A DNA stretch of 53,960 bases from Clostridia bacterium (GCA_045595745.1 JAZOBB010000053.1:1-53960), one strand, 5' to 3'; counted from the stretch's first letter, positions 25,838 to 35,732 are shown. Notes: a model not told the origin generated them from the sequence alone. Numbers and translations are program-made.

Positions 25838-28477
25838 ATGAGCAAAGCAAAATTTTTAATACTTGATGCGAACAGCATTATAAACAGAGCCTTTTACGGA
25901 ATAAAGCTGTTAACCACAAAAGATGGAACATATACCAATGCGGTATATGGCTTTTTGACAATTTTATTTCGATATACAAAAGAAATAGAGCCTGACTATA
26001 TTGCGGCGGCGTTTGACCTTAAGGCTCCTACGTTCAGACATAAAATGTATGACGCCTATAAGGCGACGCGAAAGGGAATGCCCGAAGAGTTAGTGCCGCA
26101 GATTCCTCTTATGAAAGAGGTTTTGTCGGCTATGAATATCCGCATTTTAGAAAAAGAGGGCTTTGAGGCTGATGATATTATAGGTACAGTTTCGAAAATG
26201 TGTGAAGAGCAGAATATAGAGTGCGATATTTTAACAGGTGACAAAGACGATTTGCAGTTGGCATCAGACACAAGCAAAATTTATCTTGTTACAACTCGTA
26301 TGGGTAACACACAGACAGAAATTTTCGATAGCGAAAAAGTTATAGAAAAATACGGGGTAACTCCTAAAGAATTCATTGATGTTAAGGCGATTATGGGCGA
26401 TACCTCTGATAATATTCCCGGGGTTAAGGGCATTGGCGAAAAGGGTGCTTTAAACCTTATTCAGACCTATCACGATTTGGAAACGGTTTACGAAAATGTT
26501 GAAAGCGGTGTGATTACAAAATCGACCAAAACCAAGCTTGAAGAAGGCAAAGACAGTGCGTTTTTAAGCAGAACTTTAGCAACTATTGACAGGAATGTGC
26601 CGCTTGATATTACTCTTTCTGATGCGGCGGTTACATCTTATGACAATGAAAGATTAGCAGAGATTTTTACACGTTTAGAGTTTAAAAGATTTTTAAAAGA
26701 ATTGCCGACAATTGACGGTGGAGAGGTTGCGCCAATTATAAAAGAAGAATTTAAAGATGGCGAATATATTGATATTACAGATTCATCCGAGCTTAAATCT
26801 AAACTTGATACCGATAAAGAAGTTGCATATCTTTTGGATACAGACGGCGGTAAGGTTGTATTTTCATATGATGAAAATGCCTGCTTTAGCGCAGATTTAG
26901 ACGGCGAGAATATAGATATCTGGCGCGAATTTTTTGAAAATGAAAATAAAATTAAAATTGCCCACAATTTTAAAGACGATATTATTTATCTTGACAAATT
27001 CGGTATTTTTCCCGTTGGAGTGCGTTTTGATACAGCAATCGGGGCATATCTTTTAGAGCCGTCTAAAAAAACCTATGATATTTCAGATTTGTGCTTTGAT
27101 TTTTTAGGTGTAAATTTAGGTGATGCTGACAGCGGAAGTGTTCAGCTTTCGTTAGATATGATAGGCGAAGGCTTGGGCAAGGGATTAAATCGCAGAGCAT
27201 TAATGCTTTTAAAGCTTGCCGAGTGGGAAGAAAAAGAGCTTGAAAAAACCGATGAGCTAAAGCTTTTTTATGATATTGAAATGCCGCTTGTTACAGTTTT
27301 GGCATCTATGCAGTTAGAGGGCTTTAAGGTTGACAGAGAAAAGCTTGAGGAGTTTGGCAAAGAATTGTCCGAAAACATTGATGTTTTGACTGAGCAGATT
27401 TATAGCCTTGCGGGCGGTGAATTTAACATTAATTCAACCAAGCAGTTAGGTGAGGTTTTATTTGAAAAGCTATCTCTGCCTGTGGTCAAAAAAACCAAAA
27501 CAGGATATTCAACCAATGTTGAGGTTTTAGAAAAGCTTGCTGACAAGCATCCTATTATTAATTCTATAATAGAGTATCGAAAGCTTACAAAATTAAAATC
27601 AACCTATGTAGACGGATTGATTAGTGTTATAAATGAAAAAACCGGTAAAATCCATTCAAGCTTTAATCAGACTGTAACGGTAACAGGTAGAATATCGTCA
27701 ACCGAGCCGAATTTGCAGAATATTCCTGTAAGAACAGAGCTGGGGCGCGAAATGCGTAAAATGTTTATTGCCCAAAGTGACGATTATGTTTTGGTTGATG
27801 CCGACTATTCGCAAATTGAGCTTAGGGTTTTAGCACATATTGCCGATGATGAAAATATGACAGAGGCATTTAAAAACGGCTTTGATATTCACAGAAGCAC
27901 GGCGGCTAAAATTTTTGGCGTATCAGCAGACGAGGTTACAAGCGAAATGCGAAGTGCGGCTAAAGCTATTAATTTTGGTCTTGTTTATGGTATGGGCGAG
28001 TTTTCGCTTGCGCAGGATTTAAAGATAAGCTTAAAATCAGCAAAGGAATATATGAATGATTATCTGGGCAGTTATCCTAAGGTGCAAAAATATATGAAGG
28101 ATACTGTAGAATTTGCCAAGGAAAACGGATATGTTAAAACTATGTTCGGACGCAGAAGAGCTATCCCTGAGATAAGCTCTAAAAACTTTCAGCTGCGTTC
28201 GTTTGGTGAACGCGTGGCTCTTAACACACCGATTCAGGGCAGTGCAGCGGATATTATAAAGCTTGCTATGGTGGCTGTGTATAAAAGTCTTAAAGAAAAA
28301 AATCTGCGTTCTAAATTGATTTTGCAGGTGCACGACGAACTGATTATCCAGGCTCATAAAGATGAGGTCGAACAGGTTAAAGAACTATTAAAAAACGAAA
28401 TGGAAAATGTGTGCGCTTTATCTGCACCATTAGTAGCTGATATGAATGTTGGACGTAGTTGGTACGATACGAAATAG
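25838..28477 (+). CDS. polA: DNA polymerase I
   Basis: 879 aa. 5' nuclease domain (GDKDDLQL, GVKGIGEKGA). Pol motifs DYSQIELRVLAH, RSAAKAINFGLVYG and QVHDEL. Confidence 0.95.
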   Translation: MSKAKFLILDANSIINRAFYGIKLLTTKDGTYTNAVYGFLTILFRYTKEIEPDYIAAAFDLKAPTFRHKMYDAYKATRKGMPEELVPQIPLMKEVLSAMNIRILEKEGFEADDIIGTVSKMCEEQNIECDILTGDKDDLQLASDTSKIYLVTTRMGNTQTEIFDSEKVIEKYGVTPKEFIDVKAIMGDTSDNIPGVKGIGEKGALNLIQTYHDLETVYENVESGVITKSTKTKLEEGKDSAFLSRTLATIDRNVPLDITLSDAAVTSYDNERLAEIFTRLEFKRFLKELPTIDGGEVAPIIKEEFKDGEYIDITDSSELKSKLDTDKEVAYLLDTDGGKVVFSYDENACFSADLDGENIDIWREFFENENKIKIAHNFKDDIIYLDKFGIFPVGVRFDTAIGAYLLEPSKKTYDISDLCFDFLGVNLGDADSGSVQLSLDMIGEGLGKGLNRRALMLLKLAEWEEKELEKTDELKLFYDIEMPLVTVLASMQLEGFKVDREKLEEFGKELSENIDVLTEQIYSLAGGEFNINSTKQLGEVLFEKLSLPVVKKTKTGYSTNVEVLEKLADKHPIINSIIEYRKLTKLKSTYVDGLISVINEKTGKIHSSFNQTVTVTGRISSTEPNLQNIPVRTELGREMRKMFIAQSDDYVLVDADYSQIELRVLAHIADDENMTEAFKNGFDIHRSTAAKIFGVSADEVTSEMRSAAKAINFGLVYGMGEFSLAQDLKISLKSAKEYMNDYLGSYPKVQKYMKDTVEFAKENGYVKTMFGRRRAIPEISSKNFQLRSFGERVALNTPIQGSAADIIKLAMVAVYKSLKEKNLRSKLILQVHDELIIQAHKDEVEQVKELLKNEMENVCALSAPLVADMNVGRSWYDTK

Positions 28478-28487
28478 GAGGTATGAA

Positions 28488-29393
28488 GTGTCTTTTTCAG
28501 CAGATGTAAAAAAGGAGCTTTGCCGTATTGATGAAGAAAAAAGCTGTTGCGCTAAAGCAGAGCTTGCAGGAATTTTTGCGTTTTGCTCGATTGAGCGCGG
28601 CGGTGAGTTAATATTAAGAACAGAAAACGAGTTGGTTGCAAAAAGAGCTGCAGAGCTTTTAAAGCGTCTTTTTGCGATTAATGCGGAAACAGAGGTATCA
28701 AAAAGAGGAGCAAAAGGTGCGTTATATACTATAACCTTAACAGAAAATGCGGGTTTAAAAACGGTGTTATCCGGGCTTGGTCTTTATCAGAACAATATGA
28801 TTAAATTTGCAATTGACCCGTTTTTAACTCAGCAGCCGTGCTGTGCACAGAGCTATTTGCGAGGAGCTTTTTTGGGCGGTGGTTCGGTAAATTCGCCTAA
28901 AAGGAGCTATCATTTCGAAATAGAAACACATTATTTCGGTTTAAGCCGTGACCTTTCGGCTCTTTTTTCAGACCTCGATTTTGAGGTGAAAACTGTTATG
29001 CGAAAGGGCAGCTATGTGTCATATATAAAAGACAGTGAAAAAATAGGTGATATTCTTGCGGTTATGGGTGCGACAGGGTCGATGATGGACCTTTACAATG
29101 CCAAAATAGAAAAAGAAGTTAATAATTCGGTAAACCGTAGAGTGAACTGTGATACGGCAAATCTTACAAAGACAGTTAATGCCGCGGTTGCACAGGCAAA
29201 CAGCATACGCCAGCTGGTAGCCAAAAAAGGAGCAGAGGCAATACCCGAGCATTTAAGGGAACTTGCTGATTTAAGGCTTAGTTATCCTGAGGCAAGCTTG
29301 GCAGAACTGAGTGAAATGCTTAGCACACCCATAAGTAAATCGGGAGTAAATCATCGGCTTAAAAAGCTAATGGAGCTAGCTGAGCGACTATAA
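28488..29393 (+). CDS. whiA: DNA-binding sporulation/cell-division regulator WhiA
   Basis: ORF track 28446.. trimmed to GTG 28488 after AGGAGG 28475-28480, which overlaps the polA stop. Begins MSFSADVKKELC. C-terminal HTH region SKSGVNHRLKKL. Confidence 0.9.
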   Translation: MSFSADVKKELCRIDEEKSCCAKAELAGIFAFCSIERGGELILRTENELVAKRAAELLKRLFAINAETEVSKRGAKGALYTITLTENAGLKTVLSGLGLYQNNMIKFAIDPFLTQQPCCAQSYLRGAFLGGGSVNSPKRSYHFEIETHYFGLSRDLSALFSDLDFEVKTVMRKGSYVSYIKDSEKIGDILAVMGATGSMMDLYNAKIEKEVNNSVNRRVNCDTANLTKTVNAAVAQANSIRQLVAKKGAEAIPEHLRELADLRLSYPEASLAELSEMLSTPISKSGVNHRLKKLMELAERL

Positions 29394-29410
29394 TTAAAAG
29401 GAGCAATTTT

Positions 29411-29803
29411 ATGACGCAGATAGGCAGAGTTGTTTCGGTATCGAGGGATGAGGCTAAAATAGAAGTGCGCAGAGCATCGGCTTGCGGAGAAAACTGCGCT
29501 ATGTGCAAGGGTGGATGCATGCCGACAAAGCATATAGCAACTGTAAAAAATGCGGCAGGTGCCAAAGCGGGAGATATGGTAAGGATTGATACATCGGATA
29601 AAGATGTATTAAAAAGTGCATTTTTAGTTTATTTTTTGCCTGTTATGATTTTGTTTGTTTGCTATGGAATAGCGATTATAATATCTGATAATGAACTGAT
29701 AGCGGCTGCTATAGCTCTTCTGGGATTTGTGGTTGGATTTTTTATTTTGCGTTTGGTTGACAGAAAAATTGCACCGATGCCTGAAATAACAAAAGTACTG
29801 TGA
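29411..29803 (+). CDS. RseC/MucC (SoxR-reducing system) family membrane protein
   Basis: 130 aa. N-terminal Cys cluster CGENCAMCKGGC followed by two TM helices. Confidence 0.75.
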   Translation: MTQIGRVVSVSRDEAKIEVRRASACGENCAMCKGGCMPTKHIATVKNAAGAKAGDMVRIDTSDKDVLKSAFLVYFLPVMILFVCYGIAIIISDNELIAAAIALLGFVVGFFILRLVDRKIAPMPEITKVL

Positions 29804-29830
29804 TATTAAACAACGGATGGAGGAAGCATA

Positions 29831-31597
29831 ATGGCACTTGACGGTGTGGCGGTATGTGCTTTAGTAAAAGAGTTCAGCGAAAAACTTGTTGGACTAAGAA
29901 TAGATAAAATATATCAGCCTGAGCATGACGAAATACACATAACACTTCACGGCTTTGGCAATAATTATCGTTTGCTGTTAACTGCAAATGCAAATGTGGC
30001 AAGAGCCTGCTTTACAGAAGATTCAAAGCCTAATCCCGCTCAGCCGCCTATGTTTTGTATGCTTTTAAGAAAGCATTTGGGGGCGGGCAAAATTACAAGA
30101 GTGCATCAGCCGGGCTTTGAACGCGTTATAGAGTTTTGCATAGAAACCTATAACGAGTTGGGCGATATCGTTGTAAAAACCTTGGTTGTCGAGCTTATGG
30201 GCAGGCATTCAAACATAATTTTGGTTGATGAAAACGGCAGAGTTGCCGATTCGATAAAACGTGTAGATTTTTCGGTCAGCACGGTAAGACAGATTTTGCC
30301 GGGTGTTATCTATGAGGCTCCACCTGCACAGGATAAGATGAATCCAAAAGAAGCGACGACCTCTGAAATTTTAGATGTGCTTAAAGCTGCGTCTGAGGGT
30401 GAAAAGCTAGACCGTGTACTTTTATCATCGTTTGTTGGGGTAAGTCCTTTAATAGCAAGAGAAATATCGTTTAAAGCATTGGGGACATCTGATATTTATA
30501 TGAGTGAGCTTGATTTTTCAAAGCATCTTGATGTTGCAACTCAGATGTATAACTTATTTTCAGATGTCAGTCAGGGAAAATTTTCGCCCTGTGTGCTGAT
30601 AAATAAAGAGACAGGAAAGCTGATAGAATTTTCACCTATTGATATTTTGCAATATGGCGATCTGGCACAAAAAGAATATGCAGATTCGTTTGCGCATCTT
30701 GCAGACCGCTTTTATAAAGAACGCGATAAAAAAGAACGAATGGCACATCGTGCAGCACATCTTGTTAAGCTGGTTGCGACAAATATTGAAAGATGTGCAA
30801 AAAAACTGCATCTTCAGCAAAAAGAGCTTAATGATACCCAAAAAAAAGAAAAGTGGCAGCAGTATGGTGAGCTTATTACTGCAAATATTTATCGCATAGA
30901 GCAGGGTGCAGACAGTGTTGTAGTCCAAAATTATTTTGAGGAAGAAATGCCCGAGATAAGTATTCCGCTAGATGTAAGGCTCTCGCCATCGGCAAACGCA
31001 CAGAAATATTATAAAAAATACAACAAGGCAAAAACTGCAGAGCAAGAGCTTACGCGTCAAATTGAACTGGCTAAAAGTGAGCTTGGCTATTTAGAAACCG
31101 TTGAAGAGGAGCTTGAAAAAGCCATAAGTGAGGCGGACCTTGCTGAAATATCAGATGAGCTGGCAGAGCAAGGATATATAAGACGTGTGCAAAAGGATAA
31201 AAAGAACAAGCGAAAGGTTAGCAGTCCTATGGAGTTTACAACATCTGATGGCTTTTGTGTTTTGGTTGGCAGAAACAACAAACAAAACGATATGTTAACC
31301 TTAAAAACTGCAAGAGGTGCAGACTTGTGGTTTCATACAAAAAACATACCCGGGTCGCATACACTTTTGGTTCACGAACACGACAGAGAATTTACGGACA
31401 AGGCAATTTTAGAGGCGGCTCAGCTTGCGGCTTTTTATTCAAAGGCTAAAGAGTCAGCAAATGTTCCGGTTGATTATACTCTTATTAAAAACGTTAAGAA
31501 ACCGGCAGGCTCAAAACCCGGATTTGTTATTTATACCACAAATCAGACGGCGTATGTTACACCGCCAAAAAGTGTAGATGGTTTTAATAAAAAATAG
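29831..31597 (+). CDS. rqcH: Ribosome quality-control factor RqcH (NFACT / FbpA family)
   Basis: 588 aa. NFACT-N (GLRIDKIYQP, GRHSNIIL), coiled-coil middle region, NFACT-R (WFHTKNIPGSH). Confidence 0.88.
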   Translation: MALDGVAVCALVKEFSEKLVGLRIDKIYQPEHDEIHITLHGFGNNYRLLLTANANVARACFTEDSKPNPAQPPMFCMLLRKHLGAGKITRVHQPGFERVIEFCIETYNELGDIVVKTLVVELMGRHSNIILVDENGRVADSIKRVDFSVSTVRQILPGVIYEAPPAQDKMNPKEATTSEILDVLKAASEGEKLDRVLLSSFVGVSPLIAREISFKALGTSDIYMSELDFSKHLDVATQMYNLFSDVSQGKFSPCVLINKETGKLIEFSPIDILQYGDLAQKEYADSFAHLADRFYKERDKKERMAHRAAHLVKLVATNIERCAKKLHLQQKELNDTQKKEKWQQYGELITANIYRIEQGADSVVVQNYFEEEMPEISIPLDVRLSPSANAQKYYKKYNKAKTAEQELTRQIELAKSELGYLETVEEELEKAISEADLAEISDELAEQGYIRRVQKDKKNKRKVSSPMEFTTSDGFCVLVGRNNKQNDMLTLKTARGADLWFHTKNIPGSHTLLVHEHDREFTDKAILEAAQLAAFYSKAKESANVPVDYTLIKNVKKPAGSKPGFVIYTTNQTAYVTPPKSVDGFNKK

Positions 31598-31611
31598 AAA
31601 GTGCATATAAA

Positions 31612-31651
31612 AATAACAGCGGCTCACATTAATTCGTGAGCCGCTGTTATT
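31612..31651. terminator. 16-bp perfect hairpin between convergent rqcH and spoVT; the T-run is better on the minus strand
   Basis: AATAACAGCGGCTCAC-attaattc-GTGAGCCGCTGTTATT. The minus-strand reading is followed by TTTTTA, the plus-strand reading by CTAGGG. Confidence 0.75.
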
Positions 31652-31679
31652 CTAGGGTATAGGAAAAATAGTTCAGAAT

Positions 31680-31754
31680 GGACAAACTGAGCCCAAGCAT
31701 TGCTTGGGGTTACCCGAAAACGTATGTTTATACGTTGAGAGGCGAAGTTTGTTC
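31680..31754. ncRNA. Candidate 75-nt three-way-junction structured RNA (unclassified, strand uncertain)
   Basis: P1 31680-31688/31746-31754 (9 bp; one pair is G.U only on the plus strand). P2 CCCAAGC/GCTTGGG 31692-31708. P3 AACGTA/TACGTT 31719-31736. Confidence 0.35.
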
Positions 31755-31902
31755 ATAGCAAAAAGGCTTAAAGTTTAGAAAAATCGAAATTTTTGAGATT
31801 TTTCTTCATTATTAAAATTCATATCTGAAAACTATAGTAAATTCTATTATATTAAAATATGTTGCCTTTTTGCGGTCTGGGCTTTTTTTACATACCCTTA
31901 TT

Positions 31903-32448
31903 TTACTGTTCCATATGCCTGCCCAAGAATCCTGCTGCAGACTGCGCCAGTTTTTCTTCGACTTCGCCCATTCTTGGACTCGATTCGTTGCTGAAAAAAA
32001 CGACCGAGCCAATGGTGTCGCCCTCTGAAATTATTGGCACTACCACTCCGGCGGTATATTTTTCGCTGCCCTCGATTACGTTTAGCTTTTTGTTATCATT
32101 GGGCTTACATACAAAGGTTGATTTTTCTTCCATAACCTTTTCGATATCGGTGCTTATTTTCTTTTCAGAAAGCTCTCTTTTTGGGACACCTGATACTGCG
32201 ATTACATTATCCTTGTCAGTAATACAAATGGGATGTCCGCTTGTTTTAGATAATGTTTCGGCATATTCGCCTGCAAAATCGCCAAGCTCACCTATCGGTG
32301 AATATTTTTTAAAAATTACCTCGCCGTCACGGTCTGTGTATATCTCTAAGGGGTCGCCCTCTCTGATGCGCATTGTTCGTCTGATTTCTTTTGGAATTAC
32401 AACTCTTCCTAAATCGTCTATTCGACGTACAATTCCTGTTGCTTTCAT
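31903..32448 (-). CDS. spoVT: Stage V sporulation protein T (AbrB-family transcriptional regulator with GAF-like C-domain)
   Basis: 181 aa. MKATGIVRRIDDLGRVVIPKEIRRTMRIREGDPLEI is the SpoVT/AbrB swapped-hairpin N-terminus. Confidence 0.92.
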   Translation of the reverse strand: MKATGIVRRIDDLGRVVIPKEIRRTMRIREGDPLEIYTDRDGEVIFKKYSPIGELGDFAGEYAETLSKTSGHPICITDKDNVIAVSGVPKRELSEKKISTDIEKVMEEKSTFVCKPNDNKKLNVIEGSEKYTAGVVVPIISEGDTIGSVVFFSNESSPRMGEVEEKLAQSAAGFLGRHMEQ

Positions 32449-32533
32449 ATAGATAAATCTCCTTTTATTTCAAATTACAACCATAGTATTTGAAGATAGA
32501 GGAATTTTATCCAATAAAATTGATGGAAAGATT

Positions 32534-33487
32534 TTATAATTTTTCAATTGGAACTTTAAAGTCCACAGGTTCTATTTTAAATTCTTTTCCTTTTAAATAA
32601 TTTAAAATTCCGGAATCGGTTTTAAAATCAAATATTAAACGGTATGAGCAGAGGGCCTGTTGTTTTAGTAAAGGATTTTTGCCCCAGGTGCCGTATTTTC
32701 CGTCGCCTAAAAGCGGATTGCCTATTGCTGACATCTGTGCACGTATCTGGTGCGTGCGACCTGTGATAAGCTCTATTTCTAAAAGTGCGTGGTTTTTATA
32801 TCGCTTTTTTACTGTGTATTTGGTGATAGCTGTTTTGGCATCCGGTGTTGGTTTGTCATATACCTTAACCAAATTTGCGGCGGAGTCCTTTTTCATATAA
32901 GATGTTAAAGTATCGCTGTTTTTTTGAGGTATGCCGCAGGTTAAGCACAAATAGAATTTGCGTATTTCTTTAGTTTTGATTTTTTCATTTAATATGCGCA
33001 GGCTTTCTGCATTTTTTGCAGCAATCACTATGCCTCGTGTATTTCGGTCTATGCGGTTGCACAATGCCGGTGCAAAGCTGTGCTCGGATTCGGGATTATA
33101 TTCTCCCTTTTGGTAAAGGTAAGCCTGTATGTGTGAAATTAATGTATTGACTGATTCTTTATCATCAGAGTGCACAACCAGTCCCTGAGGTTTATCGACC
33201 AGCAATATATTCTCGTCTTCGTATACAACAATGACAGAAGGAGTTTTAATTTTAGTAAAAGCCTCTTCGGGAGTAGGGGTGTCAAAAAATTCATCATTTA
33301 TATATAGCTCAAGTATATCGCCTGCGTTTAATATATCACGCTCGTTTGCACGTTTGCCGTTTATCTTTATGCGTTTTTTGCGCAGAGATTTATATACAAG
33401 GCTTTGCGGCATTGACGGAAGAAATTTTATAAGAAACTTATCTATTCTTTGTCCTGCGTCATTTGAGTTGACGGTAACTTGTCTCAT
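32534..33487 (-). CDS. RluA-family 23S rRNA pseudouridine synthase with N-terminal S4 domain
   Basis: 317 aa. HRIDRNTRGIV catalytic motif and TGRTHQIR motif. Confidence 0.88.
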   Translation of the reverse strand: MRQVTVNSNDAGQRIDKFLIKFLPSMPQSLVYKSLRKKRIKINGKRANERDILNAGDILELYINDEFFDTPTPEEAFTKIKTPSVIVVYEDENILLVDKPQGLVVHSDDKESVNTLISHIQAYLYQKGEYNPESEHSFAPALCNRIDRNTRGIVIAAKNAESLRILNEKIKTKEIRKFYLCLTCGIPQKNSDTLTSYMKKDSAANLVKVYDKPTPDAKTAITKYTVKKRYKNHALLEIELITGRTHQIRAQMSAIGNPLLGDGKYGTWGKNPLLKQQALCSYRLIFDFKTDSGILNYLKGKEFKIEPVDFKVPIEKL

Positions 33488-33639
33488 ATGCTGTCTCCTT
33501 TTAAGATTGTTTTGTATTTCTTCCTTATATTATAGCGCAGATAAATAAAAAAGTCACTATTGACAAAATGCACAAAAGAAAGCTAAAAATATAATAAAAG
33601 TTTGTGAAATATTTTTTGCGTGTTTTTTTGTCAAAATGC

Positions 33640-33668
33640 TTGCAATTGTATGAAAAATAGTGTACAAT
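33640..33668 (+). promoter_or_regulatory. S10 operon promoter TTGCAA-17-TACAAT
   Basis: TTGCAA 33640-33645, 17-nt spacer, TACAAT 33663-33668. Confidence 0.55.
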
Positions 33669-34013
33669 AAAAAGGCTGTGACATGGCATACGATGAAGTG
33701 GGAGGTTGCCGCAAAAGCGGGTTTTTCCATGGAGAATGTCCGATTCTAGAAACCGGGCGACAGAGTCACGCTAAAGCGAAAGAGCAAGAAAAGGCTGCAC
33801 ATAGGGTAACTATGCGCATTTGGCTTTTTGTGCTTGCGGTTTGGCGACTTATACCTCTTTGGCCCAGAAAGAATCCTACGCTTCTGGGTTTTATTTATGG
33901 GTGTACGAGAAACACCCGGCAGAGTGTATGCATTTTTTACTGTCGTTTCATTGGAGTGCCGATGGGTGTCGGCATGCATCACAGACACAAAAATAAGTAA
34001 GGAGGAAAGAAAA
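33669..34013 (+). promoter_or_regulatory. Long (~345 nt) GC-rich structured 5' leader of the S10 operon
   Basis: Hairpins CCGC-aaaa-GCGG+T5 (33709-33726), CCCAGAA../..TTCTGGG+TTTTATTT (33863-33896), GGGTGT/ACACCC (33899-33917), TGCCGA/TCGGCA (33957-33974). No RBS-preceded ORF. Confidence 0.5.
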
Positions 34014-34328
34014 ATGGCACAAGCAAGCCAGAAAATCAGAATCAGACTTAAGGCTTATGACCATGTACTTCTTGACCAGTCTGCTGAAAAGATCGTAGAA
34101 ACCGCTAAAAGAACAGGCGCGAAGGTCTCGGGACCTATTCCGCTGCCTACCAAAAAGGAAGTTGTTACTATCTTAAGAGCTGTTCATAAGTACAAGGATT
34201 CGAGAGAACAGTTTGAGATGAGAACACACAAAAGATTGATTGACATCTTGCTGCCGAGCCAGAAGACAGTTGATGCTTTAATGCGTATCGAACTGCCGGC
34301 AGGCGTTGACATCGAGATGAAATATTAA
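34014..34328 (+). CDS. rpsJ: 30S ribosomal protein S10
   Basis: ORF track 33828.. trimmed to ATG 34014 after AAGGAGG. Begins [17 protein letters not shown]. Confidence 0.96.
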   Translation: MAQASQKIRIRLKAYDHVLLDQSAEKIVETAKRTGAKVSGPIPLPTKKEVVTILRAVHKYKDSREQFEMRTHKRLIDILLPSQKTVDALMRIELPAGVDIEMKY

Positions 34329-34449
34329 TCAGCAAGCTGCAAAAGCACTGCTTAGCAGTCGCGGCTTGTAAAGAGGCACCTGTCGCTTGCGGCGGGGTCA
34401 TGTTCGCATCAAAAGGTGCGAACCAATAACCATTTTAGGAGGTGCTTTT

Positions 34450-35082
34450 ATGAAAAAAGCAATTTTAGGCAAAAAGCTCGGCATGACTCAGCTTTTTGAC
34501 GAAGACGGTGTTTTAATTCCGGTTACCGTCATCGAAGCAGGTCCGTGCAGAGTAACGCAGAAGAAAACCGTTGAAAACGACGGTTACGAAGCAATCCAGC
34601 TTGGCTTCGGCGAGAAGAAAGAAAAACATACTTCTAAGCCGATGCAGGGACATTTCAAAAAAGCAGGTACTGCTTACATGAAATATCTTAAAGAGTTTAA
34701 GCTCGATGGCGCTGCAGAAATGAATGTTGGCGATGAAGTTAAAGCTGACGTATTCGCTGAAGGTGAAATCATTGATGTAACCGGTATCACAAAAGGTAAG
34801 GGTTACGCCGGCACAATCAAACGCTGGGGTACTCACAGAGGTCCTATGACCCACGGTTCCGGTTATCACAGAGGACCGGGTTCTTTAGGTGCTTGTTCTA
34901 CACCGTCTCGTGTTATGAAGGGTAAGAGACTTGCCGGACACTTGGGTGTTGAAAAAGTTACAATTCAGAATCTTAAGGTTATCAAAATAGATGCGGAAAA
35001 GAACATTATCGCAATCAAAGGCGCTGTTCCGGGTCCTAAGGGCGGAATGGTCATCATTAAGGATTCTGTTAAGGCTAGATAA
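34450..35082 (+). CDS. rplC: 50S ribosomal protein L3
   Basis: Trimmed to ATG 34450 after AGGAGG. Begins [16 protein letters not shown]. Confidence 0.96.
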   Translation: MKKAILGKKLGMTQLFDEDGVLIPVTVIEAGPCRVTQKKTVENDGYEAIQLGFGEKKEKHTSKPMQGHFKKAGTAYMKYLKEFKLDGAAEMNVGDEVKADVFAEGEIIDVTGITKGKGYAGTIKRWGTHRGPMTHGSGYHRGPGSLGACSTPSRVMKGKRLAGHLGVEKVTIQNLKVIKIDAEKNIIAIKGAVPGPKGGMVIIKDSVKAR

Positions 35083-35108
35083 TAACAGAAACGAAAGGAG
35101 GAAGTTAA

Positions 35109-35732
35109 ATGCCTAACGCTGTTTTATATAATATGGAAGGCAAAGAACTGGGAAGTTACGAATTAAACGCAGCGGTTTTCGGTATTGAGCCGAACAAGAC
35201 CGCTATCCATACAGTTGTTGTAAGCTATCTTGCAAATCAGAGACAGGGTACACAGAGCGCACTTACCCGTGCAGAAGTACGCGGAGGCGGTATTAAACCG
35301 TGGCGTCAGAAGGGAACAGGCCGTGCTCGTCAGGGTTCTATCAGAAGCCCACAGTGGACCGGCGGTGGTGTTGTTTTTGCACCGAAGCCAAGAGATTACC
35401 GTACTTGTGTAAACAAGAAGGTTAAAAAGCTCGCGCTTAAGTCTGCATTGTCTGCTAAAGCTTTAGACAACGAAATTTTAGTACTCGATGCAATCGCAGT
35501 TGAGGAAATCAAAACCAAGACTATTGCAGAGATGCTCAAGAACTTAAAGGTTGATACAAAAGCATTAATCGTATTACCTGAAAAGGACGAAAAAGTTTAT
35601 CGCTCAGCGAAAAATATCCCGGGTGTTGAAACATCATTCGTTGGTACTTTAAACGTTTATGAACTGTTAAAGCACGACAAACTGATTATCACCAAGGATG
35701 CTGCTGAGAAATTGGTGGAGGTGTATGCGTAA
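35109..35732 (+). CDS. rplD: 50S ribosomal protein L4
   Basis: 207 aa. [20 protein letters not shown] motif. Confidence 0.96.
   Translation: MPNAVLYNMEGKELGSYELNAAVFGIEPNKTAIHTVVVSYLANQRQGTQSALTRAEVRGGGIKPWRQKGTGRARQGSIRSPQWTGGGVVFAPKPRDYRTCVNKKVKKLALKSALSAKALDNEILVLDAIAVEEIKTKTIAEMLKNLKVDTKALIVLPEKDEKVYRSAKNIPGVETSFVGTLNVYELLKHDKLIITKDAAEKLVEVYA

Noticed and set aside
31680-31754. tRNA or hammerhead/twister ribozyme interpretation of the three-way junction
   Set aside because: It has only two internal arms and no T-loop (GTTCRA) or anticodon-arm geometry. It also has no CUGAUGA/GAAA hammerhead core or twister conserved strands.
31859-32452. 197-aa plus-strand ORF exactly antisense to spoVT
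   Set aside because: The translation is low-complexity and S/L/F/P-rich, with no RBS. The minus strand encodes an unmistakable SpoVT/AbrB protein, so this is a mirror-frame artefact.
33683-34000. 105-aa ORF (and the 33828 upstream extension of rpsJ) inside the rpsJ leader
   Set aside because: It has no RBS and an Arg/Cys/Trp-rich composition typical of GC-rich structured RNA read as protein. The canonical S10 N-terminus starts at ATG 34014 behind AAGGAGG.
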